Positions 18,701-27,616 of a stretch of 41,270 nucleotides of DNA are shown here, piece by piece. Source of the stretch: a virus (lineage: Duplodnaviria; Caudoviricetes); IMG/VR virus record IMGVR_UViG_3300032607_001644, positions 1 to 41,270 of that record. One strand, given 5' to 3'. How positions within the stretch are numbered: the stretch's first letter is position 1; each line of letters begins with the position of its first letter. A model generated the notes under the pieces. The model had not been told where the DNA came from, ran no database searches, and saw only the letters and a list, made by a program, of their open reading frames with translations. The position numbers and the translations under genes were made by a program.

Positions 18701-21700
18701 TTGATTCACAAAATTATTAGAAGCAATTTCGTCATTTGCTCTTTGTATTGCAGACTGCAACTGCTCTTCTGTTCCAGATAACCCTGCTAAAAGCTCTTTT
18801 TGAATGCCTTCACTTACAGACGATAAAATTCTATTAAACGAAGCAGACCTTTGATCTTGTAATTTAGTTAAGTCGTTTGGCGTAGCTTTTATTGCTCCAG
18901 CTTCTACTCCAGCAATCTTTTCTCTTGAGGTTAAAAACCCTTGAACATCTTCAGAAAATCTTGCCACTTTATTTCCAGAGTCTCTTGAATTTTTTGCAAA
19001 CTCTTCTGATCTATCATTTAACTCTTTAAAGGCTTTAGTTAATCCAATTGTAGCTCCAATTAATGCACCAATTGCTGCTCCCCATGGACCAAATAAAGCT
19101 CCTGTGCCAGCAAATGCTGCTGTATCGCTTAAAGCTGTTGTTCCAAATTTTGCATATTTATTATTTGGCATAAATTCTTGAGCAATTTGACTTACTATTG
19201 GAACAGCTATGCTTGCGCCAATTCCAATTCCTTGAAGTCTTGAACTTGCGTCAGCTCTTCTTTCTCTTGCTGCTTCTAATCCGCCTCGCGCTAATTCGCC
19301 TCCTCTTCCTCCAGCCGCAGATTTTGCTTCTAATTTTTTTACAGCTTTAGAACCTGTTATTAAACTTCCACTAGCAGCAACTAACATATCCGTTTCAACT
19401 ACTAATTTTTGATAAGAATTATTTGCTCGGTTTAATGTATTTTTTACTTTTGCAGTACTAGACTCGGTTAAATCAAACTCTTTAGAAAGTCGGGTTAATT
19501 CTATATTAGCTTTATCAAAAGTTATTTTTCCATTATAAACGCTTCTTGCAAGATCCGCAAAAGCTGCATTAGCTACCTTACTAGCTGGTATAGCAACTGG
19601 GCCAGCTTCAGTTTGAGAGGCTGAATATAAAGCAAAATTAGGAATTAAACCTTTAGCAGCGCCTGCTTTACGAGCATTATTTAATGAACCATATCTTGAA
19701 ATTCCTTGAGATAATCCTCTTGGCTCGTCTTTAGTATTATAAACTCCAAGACCACTAGGATTCATATTAGAGATTAAAGAGTTGCTTTTTCCAACTTTTA
19801 TGGAATTTGGATTTACTCCAGCTTTCTTTTCTCTATTTATTGCATCATTTAAAGCATTTGCGAAATTAGGAACAAATCCTCCAGAAAGATATTCAGAGTA
19901 TGGAAGATTTGAATCAAAATTAGAATTATAAGCTTTTTTAATAATACTAGCAATTGCTCCAGGACTTCCAGTTAATTTTGCATCTGCTTTTTCTAATTGT
20001 TCTGCAAATTTAAATCTCTTTTTAAAATTACTTGTAGCAGGACCTGCTTCTTCGAAATCAAATGGTCTATTATCTTCATCATCAATAGATCTTATAAATT
20101 GTGTAGGAGTTTTTGTTGCGAGGGCAACTGCAGCTTCAAATATAGAGCCTTCTGCTGTAGATGGTATTAATTTTTTTCCTTTTAAAGCGGATCTAACATC
20201 ATTTAATGCAGCTGGAGAAGCTGACTCATCTCTTAAAACTGTACCAAGATATTTATGAGTTAAACTTGCTATTGGATCAAGAAGTGCTTCATTCACTAAA
20301 TTAGTAAATTGACTTGGTCTTTTCTCTAAATTTCCTTCAAGACTTCTAACTTGAATATTAGAAAATGTAATCTTTTTAGTTGCTAATTCTGGATTTTTTT
20401 CAACCGCGGAATTAAATACTTTTAATGCACCAACTTTAGTCGAAGCAGTTGCGCTTGGTGAACCAGCCGATACAGAAACAACTCCCAATCTACCCATAGT
20501 GTCATAAGAACCAGTATCATATTCTTTTTGTTTTACTGATTTTTTCTCCGCGCTTAATTCTTTTTCTGGTTTCCAATTGGCATCTCTTGCCGCTTTTTCA
20601 CTAATTTTTCCATTTGCAATTAATCCTGGAATTTGATAATTATTATAAGGCGTGAGGTTACCATTTTGGTCCTTTATATTGTAAAATGTTTTTGCAAAAT
20701 TAGGAATAAGTCCAGCGCTTGCATATGGATTAAATCCATGTTTATCAGAAAATGATTGTTTGTAATTCTTTCCAGCTTTACTTCCTTCTGGGGGCATAAT
20801 TGCTGGTTGAGAAAATCCTGGCATTCTTTTTACTGTCTCTGCGGAGTTATAAATAGTTTTTCCTACCCCAGGAATATTCATTTCTTTAATATTTCCTGGT
20901 TTATATCCTCCAGCTAATGCACCATAAATTTCTTGCATTACAAAATTTGGAATAAATCCATCACTTTTTGCAGTGATTTGTCCACCTTTTAGACCTACTC
21001 CTCTACCTATTAATCCGCTAGTAATTGAACCAGATAAACCAGCAGCTTGTGCTCTTACAGCGTTTTGCTCTCTTAGGATTCCTAAAATTCTATTTTCTAC
21101 GTCTAATACAGTGATTTGCTTAGAAGCTATTGCTGAAAGAAGCTGAGGCTCTTGAGCAAGAATACTTGAAATTTTCCCTTCAATTGCAGCTCTATCAGTA
21201 GCTTGCTTGCCAATGCCTAATAAAGTTTTAGCTGAACTTCCAGCAAACTTTGTTAAATCTAAAAATAATTTTCCAACAACTGCTGTTACCAATAATAATC
21301 CAGGACCAGATATAAAAGTAGAAAGACCACCCAAAATTCCACTTCCAATTTTAGCTCCAATACTTTCTGTATCTTGATTAGCTAGTCCTTCTAATAGGCT
21401 ATTTACATTTTTTAATGTGCTTTCGATTGCGGGTTGAAAAGCTCCTGAACCTACTTTCGAACCTAATTGAGTGAAATTTGTTAAAGTCCTACTTGCTATA
21501 GCTGATAAAGTTTCATTTAATGCTTCATTTCTTTTAATAGCTTGATCAGTTGCACCTCTCGAAGTATTTAAAGCATTATTATAAACAGAATACTCTTTAC
21601 CTAAATCACCTAAAGCAGCCTTCAAAATATTGATTTGGAAAACGCCACCAACAGTTTCTGCAATTTGTGATTTTTGAGAATCCGAAAGAGTATCAAAAGT

Positions 21701-22576
21701 TGATGATAATTCTTTTAAAATATCAATGGCTGGGCGAGTGCCACCATCTAAATTACGAACCTCTAAACCTAAATTTTGTAATTGATCTAATACTTCTGGT
21801 CTGGCTATTCTAGTAAAAATTGTTTTTAATGAGTTACCTATGACGGCTCCACCTCTAGATGTAGTTTGTTGAACGCTTGTTACAATAGCTAATAATTCAT
21901 CAAATCCAACTCCTGCGTCTTGCGCAGAACTACCAACTCTTTGAACTGCATTAGCTAAATCTGCAGAACTAACAGCAAAAGCTGCGTCAACATTTGCTAA
22001 TTTATTAATAACTGTAGTAGAGTCTAAAGCGGTTTTATTAAAACTGTTTAATGTAGCTGTTAAGGCTTCTACGCTAGAAACTGTATCTAATCCACTTAAT
22101 CTAGTTAAAATTAGAGCATCTCTTGTTCTTTTTAATGTTTCTTCTACCCCAAGACCTTGACGAGCCAATTCGGTTGCAGCCGTAGCTACAGCATCAAATG
22201 ATTGTCCAGTATCTTTTGCTACATTAAATAAATCTCCACCAAATTTTTCTAACCCTTTTGATGTAGTATTTAATATAACATTAATATCTGTGAGAGATTT
22301 TTGAACATCTATTGTACTTTTGATTAAATTAACAAAAGCTTTTTCTACTGCAAAAATTGAACCAGCACTAGCACCGAATGCAATAACACGAGCATTAGAA
22401 GCGTCTAATGATTTTTGAAATTCGTTAGAAGCACCAGTAATTCGGCCTAACGGCTGAGTAAAGGCCTTTTCATTAAATCCTTTGAATTTAAAATCTCGAG
22501 ATAAAGCGCTTTGAATGTCTTTTTCAAGCTGTCTTGTATCTGCGCCTACAGAGATTGTAGCTGATGTTCTTGCCAT
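15719..22576 (-). CDS. tail tape measure protein, multidomain
   Basis: N-terminal TP901-family core (TELARQGL, DLANAVQR.GS.A, RGGAVIGNSLKTIFTRI), Gly/Ala-rich hydrophobic segments, C-terminal DD[VI]PAML..GEYV and FADGG motifs; lies downstream of tube and chaperone genes. Confidence 0.93.
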   Translation of the reverse strand: MARTSATISVGADTRQLEKDIQSALSRDFKFKGFNEKAFTQPLGRITGASNEFQKSLDASNARVIAFGASAGSIFAVEKAFVNLIKSTIDVQKSLTDINVILNTTSKGLEKFGGDLFNVAKDTGQSFDAVATAATELARQGLGVEETLKRTRDALILTRLSGLDTVSSVEALTATLNSFNKTALDSTTVINKLANVDAAFAVSSADLANAVQRVGSSAQDAGVGFDELLAIVTSVQQTTSRGGAVIGNSLKTIFTRIARPEVLDQLQNLGLEVRNLDGGTRPAIDILKELSSTFDTLSDSQKSQIAETVGGVFQINILKAALGDLGKEYSVYNNALNTSRGATDQAIKRNEALNETLSAIASRTLTNFTQLGSKVGSGAFQPAIESTLKNVNSLLEGLANQDTESIGAKIGSGILGGLSTFISGPGLLLVTAVVGKLFLDLTKFAGSSAKTLLGIGKQATDRAAIEGKISSILAQEPQLLSAIASKQITVLDVENRILGILREQNAVRAQAAGLSGSITSGLIGRGVGLKGGQITAKSDGFIPNFVMQEIYGALAGGYKPGNIKEMNIPGVGKTIYNSAETVKRMPGFSQPAIMPPEGSKAGKNYKQSFSDKHGFNPYASAGLIPNFAKTFYNIKDQNGNLTPYNNYQIPGLIANGKISEKAARDANWKPEKELSAEKKSVKQKEYDTGSYDTMGRLGVVSVSAGSPSATASTKVGALKVFNSAVEKNPELATKKITFSNIQVRSLEGNLEKRPSQFTNLVNEALLDPIASLTHKYLGTVLRDESASPAALNDVRSALKGKKLIPSTAEGSIFEAAVALATKTPTQFIRSIDDEDNRPFDFEEAGPATSNFKKRFKFAEQLEKADAKLTGSPGAIASIIKKAYNSNFDSNLPYSEYLSGGFVPNFANALNDAINREKKAGVNPNSIKVGKSNSLISNMNPSGLGVYNTKDEPRGLSQGISRYGSLNNARKAGAAKGLIPNFALYSASQTEAGPVAIPASKVANAAFADLARSVYNGKITFDKANIELTRLSKEFDLTESSTAKVKNTLNRANNSYQKLVVETDMLVAASGSLITGSKAVKKLEAKSAAGGRGGELARGGLEAARERRADASSRLQGIGIGASIAVPIVSQIAQEFMPNNKYAKFGTTALSDTAAFAGTGALFGPWGAAIGALIGATIGLTKAFKELNDRSEEFAKNSRDSGNKVARFSEDVQGFLTSREKIAGVEAGAIKATPNDLTKLQDQRSASFNRILSSVSEGIQKELLAGLSGTEEQLQSAIQRANDEIASNNFVNQFIQTTNEQLKDGAKNLDLTDTLRQLGSIKTTNGEYIGDLISQQSGLLKSFDTLTIASEKYYGINDQMAKSIEQASIASDKATMSIDEFAKNDLFGFNTTNKAISGGPIGFGDGVKTEFTGTAGNLGGSAKITDVNRQIYEADLQEAIQDSGKGLKDFIIQLGDSGKLQKDKALELANSIQAILDSNKSLEEKGKALQETFGNLRKSSEIVDQTFKKLADAQLNYVNLTSQTMKLFSQDSTKRQGAADFIKQGDFGNVIKEFLKEEGKQFLPENVLRGTNTAAMQGILGGTADSGKRIELERKFGEAYKKAAQEVANGGVLTDRTLAELQIAIQQTSTEASMTTKNLTELGSSIGDAATRTEALNIYTEKESQLKKELGDNIVKLNYAASAAATSLQAVAAFKEGTIFADEYKQLQDKARQDKIRSGGGNVGDIFGSFSDEMTYGTQDAFRDLNGIASDTARTMKSEFNNAFQSVIDGTQTVGDAFRKMATDISKRIQQLALEMSTNLLFNSLFSSVGGVPSAFKSPLGRAKGGYIQEFSTGGKVLGGSGTKDDVPAMLSQGEYVIKKSSVNKYGTRFLNNLNQGGVVGLAGGGSLGGVGDPISEDLIAEYLINSNKNPASENDAGRVVNANLRDQLGKSLASIYEGSDVTYSDAFSKLASSNTVSGGAFRANLAAFYTADNKYATAGSYVVDPLLSQMALFDENDPQNQINQQNRDMIASYLKEGTDTYERNREAIIGTIQANREEKRRIDQINQEQQDAFNNQQRNNIIGAFVQAGMSVGAGAFSTYGAPALQKYLSPGGGNPFMAGNRFGSQTVKRATPANQTSAGDYNVDPYKYATYVKDGGFMGFAKGGPSGKDDIPAMLMGGEYVMKKDAVNTYGRKFFDDLNVGKIRKFADGGMVANSPDYNNNESSSSSSSNNNISITVNLSNTQASSETSSQNQNSKSNDPEQNRRDIEQAKELTLKIKTEVVKVINEQQRPGGLLSSSKYSMAS
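19631..20959 (-). repeat. four G-[FL]-[IV]-P-N-F peptide motifs within the TMP
   Basis: GFIPNF 20942-20959, GLIPNFA 20693-20713, GFVPNFA 19859-19879, GLIPNFA 19631-19651. Confidence 0.9.
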
Positions 22577-22598
22577 TCCTTATGCCTTTCCTATGATA

Positions 22599-22606
22599 AA
22601 TTACAC
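22599..22606 (-). promoter_or_regulatory. GTGTAA late-promoter motif upstream of TMP
   Basis: GTGTAATT on the minus strand, 22 nt before the ATG. Confidence 0.65.
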
Positions 22607-22624
22607 GAAATATAAGATATTTAA

Positions 22625-23629
22625 TTAAATTCCATGAAGTTTCATAAGATCTTCCATAGTTAATGTACCGCCTTTTTTCTTGGCTTCATCAGCTAAACTT
22701 ATGGTATTAGATTCATTGAATCCAGCCTTTTTAAGATCTTCTTTAGTAGCCCCAATAATAGATGTAGATACAGTATCTGCTTTGCTATTAGAGCCCTTTT
22801 CTAGCAATTCCTCTACATTTTTACTACTCTCTAGCCATTCTATTAATTTTTCTGGATCTTCAAAATATTCATCTTGTGGTTTATGTTTTGAGAAACTTAA
22901 TTGATTTTTAAAATATTTAGCATAACCAAAAATTTCAATTTGATAAAAAGTTAAATATACAATGCTTTTTCCATACATATAATATGGATTATCATCAGAT
23001 ATATTAAAAAGAGTTAAATGGCTATTCAAAAGAGATATTTTTTTTAAGTTTTTATCATTGTAAAAAGCTAATTTATTATTGTAAATTTGCACTAATTTAG
23101 TAATATCTAGATATTCAAGTTCATCAAATTCATTTTCAGAGAAGAAATTTTCTTTTAAATTAGGGTCTTTATATAAAGAGATATACATATAATATTCATT
23201 AATTTTTTTATTAGCGTAATCTTCTGCTGTAAATCCTATTAATTCTTTTTTTTCTAAATTTAAATTTAATAATTTTTTTTCTTCGTTGTTTATTTGTTCA
23301 TTCATTCCTTTTAGCTCTTGCTCTCTGAACAATTTTAATTTAGTTTTTCTTAAACCAACCAAATATTCTTTTATTTTTTTAATTTCTTTATTTTTTTCTT
23401 CTGACCAAAGCTCTTCTTTTAAAATATAAGCTTCCTGATCAGCCAAAGAAGGGAGCTTGTTTTTTAAAGCTTTATTATAAAATTCTTCTTTCTTAAGATC
23501 GACCTCTCCAGAAGATAGAGAGTCCATATGCTTAATATATATTGTTTTATCGTTTAAATCTGTTTTAGAGTATCCTTTTAAAATATCTACCAAGTAAAGT
23601 CTTAATAAATTTTTATTATCAATTTGCAC
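22625..23629 (-). CDS. putative tail assembly chaperone 2
   Basis: Directly upstream of TMP; helical and charged; shares L...TAE..A..K with the upstream ORF; GTG start overlaps the previous gene by 11 nt. Confidence 0.6.
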   Translation of the reverse strand: MQIDNKNLLRLYLVDILKGYSKTDLNDKTIYIKHMDSLSSGEVDLKKEEFYNKALKNKLPSLADQEAYILKEELWSEEKNKEIKKIKEYLVGLRKTKLKLFREQELKGMNEQINNEEKKLLNLNLEKKELIGFTAEDYANKKINEYYMYISLYKDPNLKENFFSENEFDELEYLDITKLVQIYNNKLAFYNDKNLKKISLLNSHLTLFNISDDNPYYMYGKSIVYLTFYQIEIFGYAKYFKNQLSFSKHKPQDEYFEDPEKLIEWLESSKNVEELLEKGSNSKADTVSTSIIGATKEDLKKAGFNESNTISLADEAKKKGGTLTMEDLMKLHGI

Positions 23630-24362
23630 TCTTATTTTCTTCTAGATTAAATAATTTTTCAAATTCTTCTTGGGTTGAGGCCCGACCCATATACCAAAAG
23701 CTTATAAGAAGAACCAGTTTTTGACATAATTTTTCAAAAAATAAATCGCTCGTTTCTTCTAATCTATCGTATTCTTTTAATTTATCTTCGTATACTCCAT
23801 CTCCAAATACTTGTGAAAATGTACCATTATCATTTTCTTTATAAGAAAGATTGAGAACCCAGAACATTATAGTTTTATTTCTTGCTCTATTTTCTGCAGT
23901 TTGATCAAAAAGACTGGCTTGAGCGAACTCATAATCCTGAATCTTTTCTCTCGACTCAGCAATCTCTTTAATTAATATATTATATTGAGATTCTTCTTCT
24001 TTACTTCTTTCTTTAATAGAAAGCCTTTGGAATTCGTTCTGTAATTGAAATAGTTTTAGATATAGGCTAGTATATTGCTCTTTATCTATTTCGCTAAAAA
24101 TTCCGCCATCATTAGTAAATCTTTTAGCTAGCAAAGCTCTAGTTAGAAGTCCAGCCTTGATGCCTTCTGATAAACGAACACCATAAAATAATTCTGCTTC
24201 ATCAAATAAACTTCTATTTGGTTTTTTAATAAAATACTTTTGAGGTAGTTCTTTTTTTACGTTTTTAGATACTTGAATTTCTTCCCCTTTTTCATTTTTT
24301 TCATTAGTCGTTTCTTTAACTTCAACTTCTTTATTTAATGAAAATTCATATAATTTTTTCAT
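23619..24362 (-). CDS. putative tail assembly chaperone 1
   Basis: Between tube and TMP; YFIKKP.., coiled coil, LFDQTAENRARNK. Confidence 0.6.
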   Translation of the reverse strand: MKKLYEFSLNKEVEVKETTNEKNEKGEEIQVSKNVKKELPQKYFIKKPNRSLFDEAELFYGVRLSEGIKAGLLTRALLAKRFTNDGGIFSEIDKEQYTSLYLKLFQLQNEFQRLSIKERSKEEESQYNILIKEIAESREKIQDYEFAQASLFDQTAENRARNKTIMFWVLNLSYKENDNGTFSQVFGDGVYEDKLKEYDRLEETSDLFFEKLCQKLVLLISFWYMGRASTQEEFEKLFNLEENKSAN

Positions 24363-24640
24363 ATTTTAAACTCCAATTTTTCTCTTTCTAATTTCTGAAG
24401 AAAGTTTTTGATTTTAGAGAAGTAAACCACTCCTCCAATTGTTTTTATGAATTTGTTTCTTTTTTCTTCACCCCAAGAATCATAAATTTTTAAAAAATTA
24501 GAATTAACCAAACTTGAATAATTTGGATTCTTTACGCCAAAATCTTTTGTTAAAGATCTTTGTATGGATTGAACAGACAAATTACTTTGAATAATTTTTT
24601 CAATTGGGATAGATTGATAAAGATTAAGTCTTTTTTTCAT
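24359..24640 (-). CDS. hypothetical protein
   Basis: 93 aa; 4-nt overlaps with both neighbours. Confidence 0.65.
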   Translation of the reverse strand: MKKRLNLYQSIPIEKIIQSNLSVQSIQRSLTKDFGVKNPNYSSLVNSNFLKIYDSWGEEKRNKFIKTIGGVVYFSKIKNFLQKLEREKLEFKI

Positions 24641-24858
24641 TTTAAATTAATTTCAATTGTATTAAAAAATTCTTCTATTTCTCTTATTGCATCATTAGAA
24701 TTATCAAGCACTCTTTTACGTATTTTTGCATAAGTTTCTTCATTAATGTTGCATCCATAATCGGATAAATCTTCAAGAATAAAAAAGAAATTTTTATAAA
24801 TATTCGTTATCTTGCGCTTTACTTGAAATAAAGTTAAGTCTTTAATTTTGTGTTCCAT
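24637..24858 (-). CDS. hypothetical protein
   Basis: 73 aa; preceded by GTGTAAAT (24889-24896) and an AAGG-rich leader. Confidence 0.7.
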   Translation of the reverse strand: MEHKIKDLTLFQVKRKITNIYKNFFFILEDLSDYGCNINEETYAKIRKRVLDNSNDAIREIEEFFNTIEINLK

Positions 24859-24888
24859 ATGCCTTTAACCAACCTTTGCCTTAACTGT

Positions 24889-24896
24889 ATTTACAC
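24889..24896 (-). promoter_or_regulatory. GTGTAA late-promoter motif
   Basis: GTGTAAAT immediately after the terminator U-tract. Confidence 0.6.
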
Positions 24897-24927
24897 AAAA
24901 AATAACCCCCGTGGAAACGGGGGTTAT
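24897..24927 (-). terminator. intrinsic terminator after the tail tube gene
   Basis: 11-bp stem ATAACCCCCGT/ACGGGGGTTAT (24902-24927), 4-nt loop, T-run on the minus strand. Confidence 0.85.
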
Positions 24928-24946
24928 CTTTATAATTTGCTCTTAA

Positions 24947-26104
24947 TTAGCCGAGAATTGGATGAAAACCGCTAATAAATAGCCCGCGAACTGTATCTTG
25001 GGGTCCGCCAACTTGCGCACTAAATGTAAGGGTAACTGATTTATTACTACCGATATCAGAACTAAATTCTTGACTATCAAGTTTAGCTCCTTTAAGGGTA
25101 TATTTTGCTACAACATCAGTATTACCACAAATTGGACTTCTGATAGTTATTGATGGATCAAAAACGCCAGTATCGTTACAAAGTAAGGCATTTAGACTTC
25201 CTGTAATCATATCTGTTACTTGAGCTTCAACTGTTAAAGTTACAGCTAGTGGGAAATCAATTGGTCTAGCGAATGCAAATCTGCTACCGAGTTTTTGAAT
25301 TGGGGTACGAGCCAAATCAAAACTCAATGTATAACTTTGGATGTTCATTACTGAAGTATCTACTCCTCCACCAGCGCCCGAAATTGAAGGGATTGATACG
25401 GTTATATCTCCTGGTCGCAAAGCGCTAATTCCACTATTTACACCAGTGGAATTGTTTTGTGCTGCCGTTGGTAAACTATAGAAGTTAGATACTGAAACTC
25501 CATCAACAGGGTTTACAGCTGGAATATAATTTCCAGTTGTTCCTTTTTGAAAGGCCATATTCAAACCTTCGACATTAACTGTTACTGTTGGGAGATTTCC
25601 AACAGAGCCTTCTGAAGAATAAGAGCTAATAAAACCATTTCCGATTGCAATAACTCCGTTGTCTCCAGTAGTACTAGTAAAATTAACTGCATCATTTCCT
25701 TCTGATACTGTACGAATAAAATAATTTCTTTCATCCGATATTCCATTCAAAAATCCAGAAATTGCAGAAACTTCAGTTGTGTCGCCAGATTTATTTAATG
25801 TAAATCCTAAATCAGATTCATTTGATAAATTTGCTAAAATATAACTAAAATCTAACGAAACGGTTGGATTAGTTAAGATTACTCGATCAATAGCGGCCAA
25901 TTGACCGAATTGATTGACATCTGTGCGATCAACTGTAAAGCTATAATTAGCTGTTTGAACTCTTTGAAGTTGATTAACTAAAGAGTTTCCAGTTGGTCCA
26001 GCCCAAGCTGTGGGGGTGACTCCAGAAGTTAAGTGAAAACCTGTGGCTGGTGATGGACCAGCATATAAAGCTTCAGATTGATAAATTATTCTATTTCTAG
26101 GCAT
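24947..26104 (-). CDS. major tail tube protein (two tandem tube domains)
   Basis: Beta-rich with an internal repeat VQTANYSF..R..VNQFG / IQSYTLSF..R..IQKLG; has its own promoter motif, SD and terminator; lies between neck and chaperone genes. No sheath gene seen. Confidence 0.8.
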   Translation of the reverse strand: MPRNRIIYQSEALYAGPSPATGFHLTSGVTPTAWAGPTGNSLVNQLQRVQTANYSFTVDRTDVNQFGQLAAIDRVILTNPTVSLDFSYILANLSNESDLGFTLNKSGDTTEVSAISGFLNGISDERNYFIRTVSEGNDAVNFTSTTGDNGVIAIGNGFISSYSSEGSVGNLPTVTVNVEGLNMAFQKGTTGNYIPAVNPVDGVSVSNFYSLPTAAQNNSTGVNSGISALRPGDITVSIPSISGAGGGVDTSVMNIQSYTLSFDLARTPIQKLGSRFAFARPIDFPLAVTLTVEAQVTDMITGSLNALLCNDTGVFDPSITIRSPICGNTDVVAKYTLKGAKLDSQEFSSDIGSNKSVTLTFSAQVGGPQDTVRGLFISGFHPILG

Positions 26105-26127
26105 ATTAGTATTTCTCCATTTATTAT

Positions 26128-26135
26128 TATTACAC
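26128..26135 (-). promoter_or_regulatory. GTGTAA late-promoter motif
   Basis: GTGTAATA upstream of the tail tube gene. Confidence 0.65.
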
Positions 26136-26161
26136 CTTATTTTATAAAAATCTCATTTTTT

Positions 26162-27025
26162 TTATAATCTAGGATATCTATTTTGTATTAATTCAAAATC
26201 AACAAAAGCTGAATATACATTACGACTTAAACTATTAGTAGCGTTTGATATTCTAGTATCAGACTTACTAACATTTACTTCATTAATATATACATATTCA
26301 TTATCTACGCTTTTATTTTGAGTTACATTAATATAATTAAAACAGTCTCCAGTAACACTATTTAATGCATCAAATGGCATATCACTTGGGTACATTAATG
26401 GCACTAATTGGCGACTTGTGTCTCTCATGATGCTTGTTACAGCATCTAAATTAAAAACTGTATCAGATAATATAATTGCTCTTACATTACTTATTGTTTG
26501 GTCGAATCCACCAAAAGCAAGAGGTTTATTTTTGCCTCCTTGATATTTCAAATATATAACAGGATAAGTCTCAGAACCAACTGGTAAACCTGTTGGGTTT
26601 TGATATGTTTTGGGGTTAATTTGATAAGCTGTTTCAAATAATAAGGCTTCTTCTGTTTTACTGGTCAAATACATATTGAAATCCTTAACAGCATAATTTC
26701 CACTTAAAGCTATACTAGGATTATTTATAGGTTGGCTAAAATATAACTGTCCTTCAGTAGCGTTAATTCCACTTAATCCACTTTGGCCTATTGTAATAAA
26801 ATTATTATTTAAATATACCCCACTTATTATACTTGCTCCAGTTATGGAACAATCTACGATCATTTGTTTGAATGGAGCGCCATAAGTATAATATCCATAA
26901 TACATATTAGCCAGAGGATAAAAAGAACTTTGATAATTAGTAAAAGCTTGGCCTCTTGTTATAACTGCACGATCCAACCAAAACAGCATACTAGTCATTA
27001 TAATGTTGTCAAATTGCGGTATCAT
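26162..27025 (-). CDS. putative tail terminator/completion protein
   Basis: Immediately upstream of the tube; C-terminal half YPVIYL..PLAFGG..VRAII..LDAV..FVDFEL fits a terminator-like topology. Confidence 0.55.
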   Translation of the reverse strand: MIPQFDNIIMTSMLFWLDRAVITRGQAFTNYQSSFYPLANMYYGYYTYGAPFKQMIVDCSITGASIISGVYLNNNFITIGQSGLSGINATEGQLYFSQPINNPSIALSGNYAVKDFNMYLTSKTEEALLFETAYQINPKTYQNPTGLPVGSETYPVIYLKYQGGKNKPLAFGGFDQTISNVRAIILSDTVFNLDAVTSIMRDTSRQLVPLMYPSDMPFDALNSVTGDCFNYINVTQNKSVDNEYVYINEVNVSKSDTRISNATNSLSRNVYSAFVDFELIQNRYPRL

Positions 27026-27615
27026 TATTTTAAACTCCTAATAAAATTATTATATAGCTCTGACATATATTTTACTGTTTTAAAACTTCCATTTCTAACT
27101 TTATTTTGAGATTGAATACCCCTTTTGGATCTACTTTTAGGAAATAACAAGCCATATACATAATATCCAAATCCACTAATTCCATCTTCTATTCCTTTTA
27201 CCCAGCTTTTACCATTTTCAAAAGGTAATGGGGTAGCAGATTTAATTTCTTCAAAAGATGGCGTAAATATATTAAATTTTAATTCAAAAGTTTTTGAGTT
27301 AAATGTTGATCTTTTATCTAAAAATGTATTTTCTTTTATTAAATTTTTTAAATCCTCTATAGGTTTGTCCCCAGCGTCAAAACCTATAAAAGCAAAAAGA
27401 TTCTCTTTTCCATCCAAAGTATAGCTTATATTCTCTCCATCTGGCCCATTGGCAATTTCTTGTGAGACTGGATGATTTTCAATTTCGTTTAAATATTTTC
27501 TTGTGTTTTCAACTAAGATTTCTTCAGCAAAATTTAACGCTTCTCTTTTTAAAGCCTGTTCGTAAGACTTAGAAAGTTCTTGATTGAGCTGCTTCGTATT
27601 AACTTTAGAAGCCAT
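27025..27615 (-). CDS. putative neck / tail-completion protein
   Basis: Position between head-closure and terminator genes; basic C-terminus. Start MASKVN at 27615 avoids the long overlap of the track start at 27711. Confidence 0.5.
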   Translation of the reverse strand: MASKVNTKQLNQELSKSYEQALKREALNFAEEILVENTRKYLNEIENHPVSQEIANGPDGENISYTLDGKENLFAFIGFDAGDKPIEDLKNLIKENTFLDKRSTFNSKTFELKFNIFTPSFEEIKSATPLPFENGKSWVKGIEDGISGFGYYVYGLLFPKSRSKRGIQSQNKVRNGSFKTVKYMSELYNNFIRSLK

Positions 27616-27616
27616 A

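Noticed and set aside
23615-23670. Programmed -1 frameshift between the tail chaperones
   Set aside because: The downstream gene is in the +1 frame, an in-frame TAG lies just upstream of its start, and there is no properly phased XXXYYYZ heptamer.
24947-27025. Contractile tail (sheath/baseplate wedge) assignment
   Set aside because: No sheath-sized gene lies next to the tube, and the tip genes are lambda M/L/K/I/J-like.
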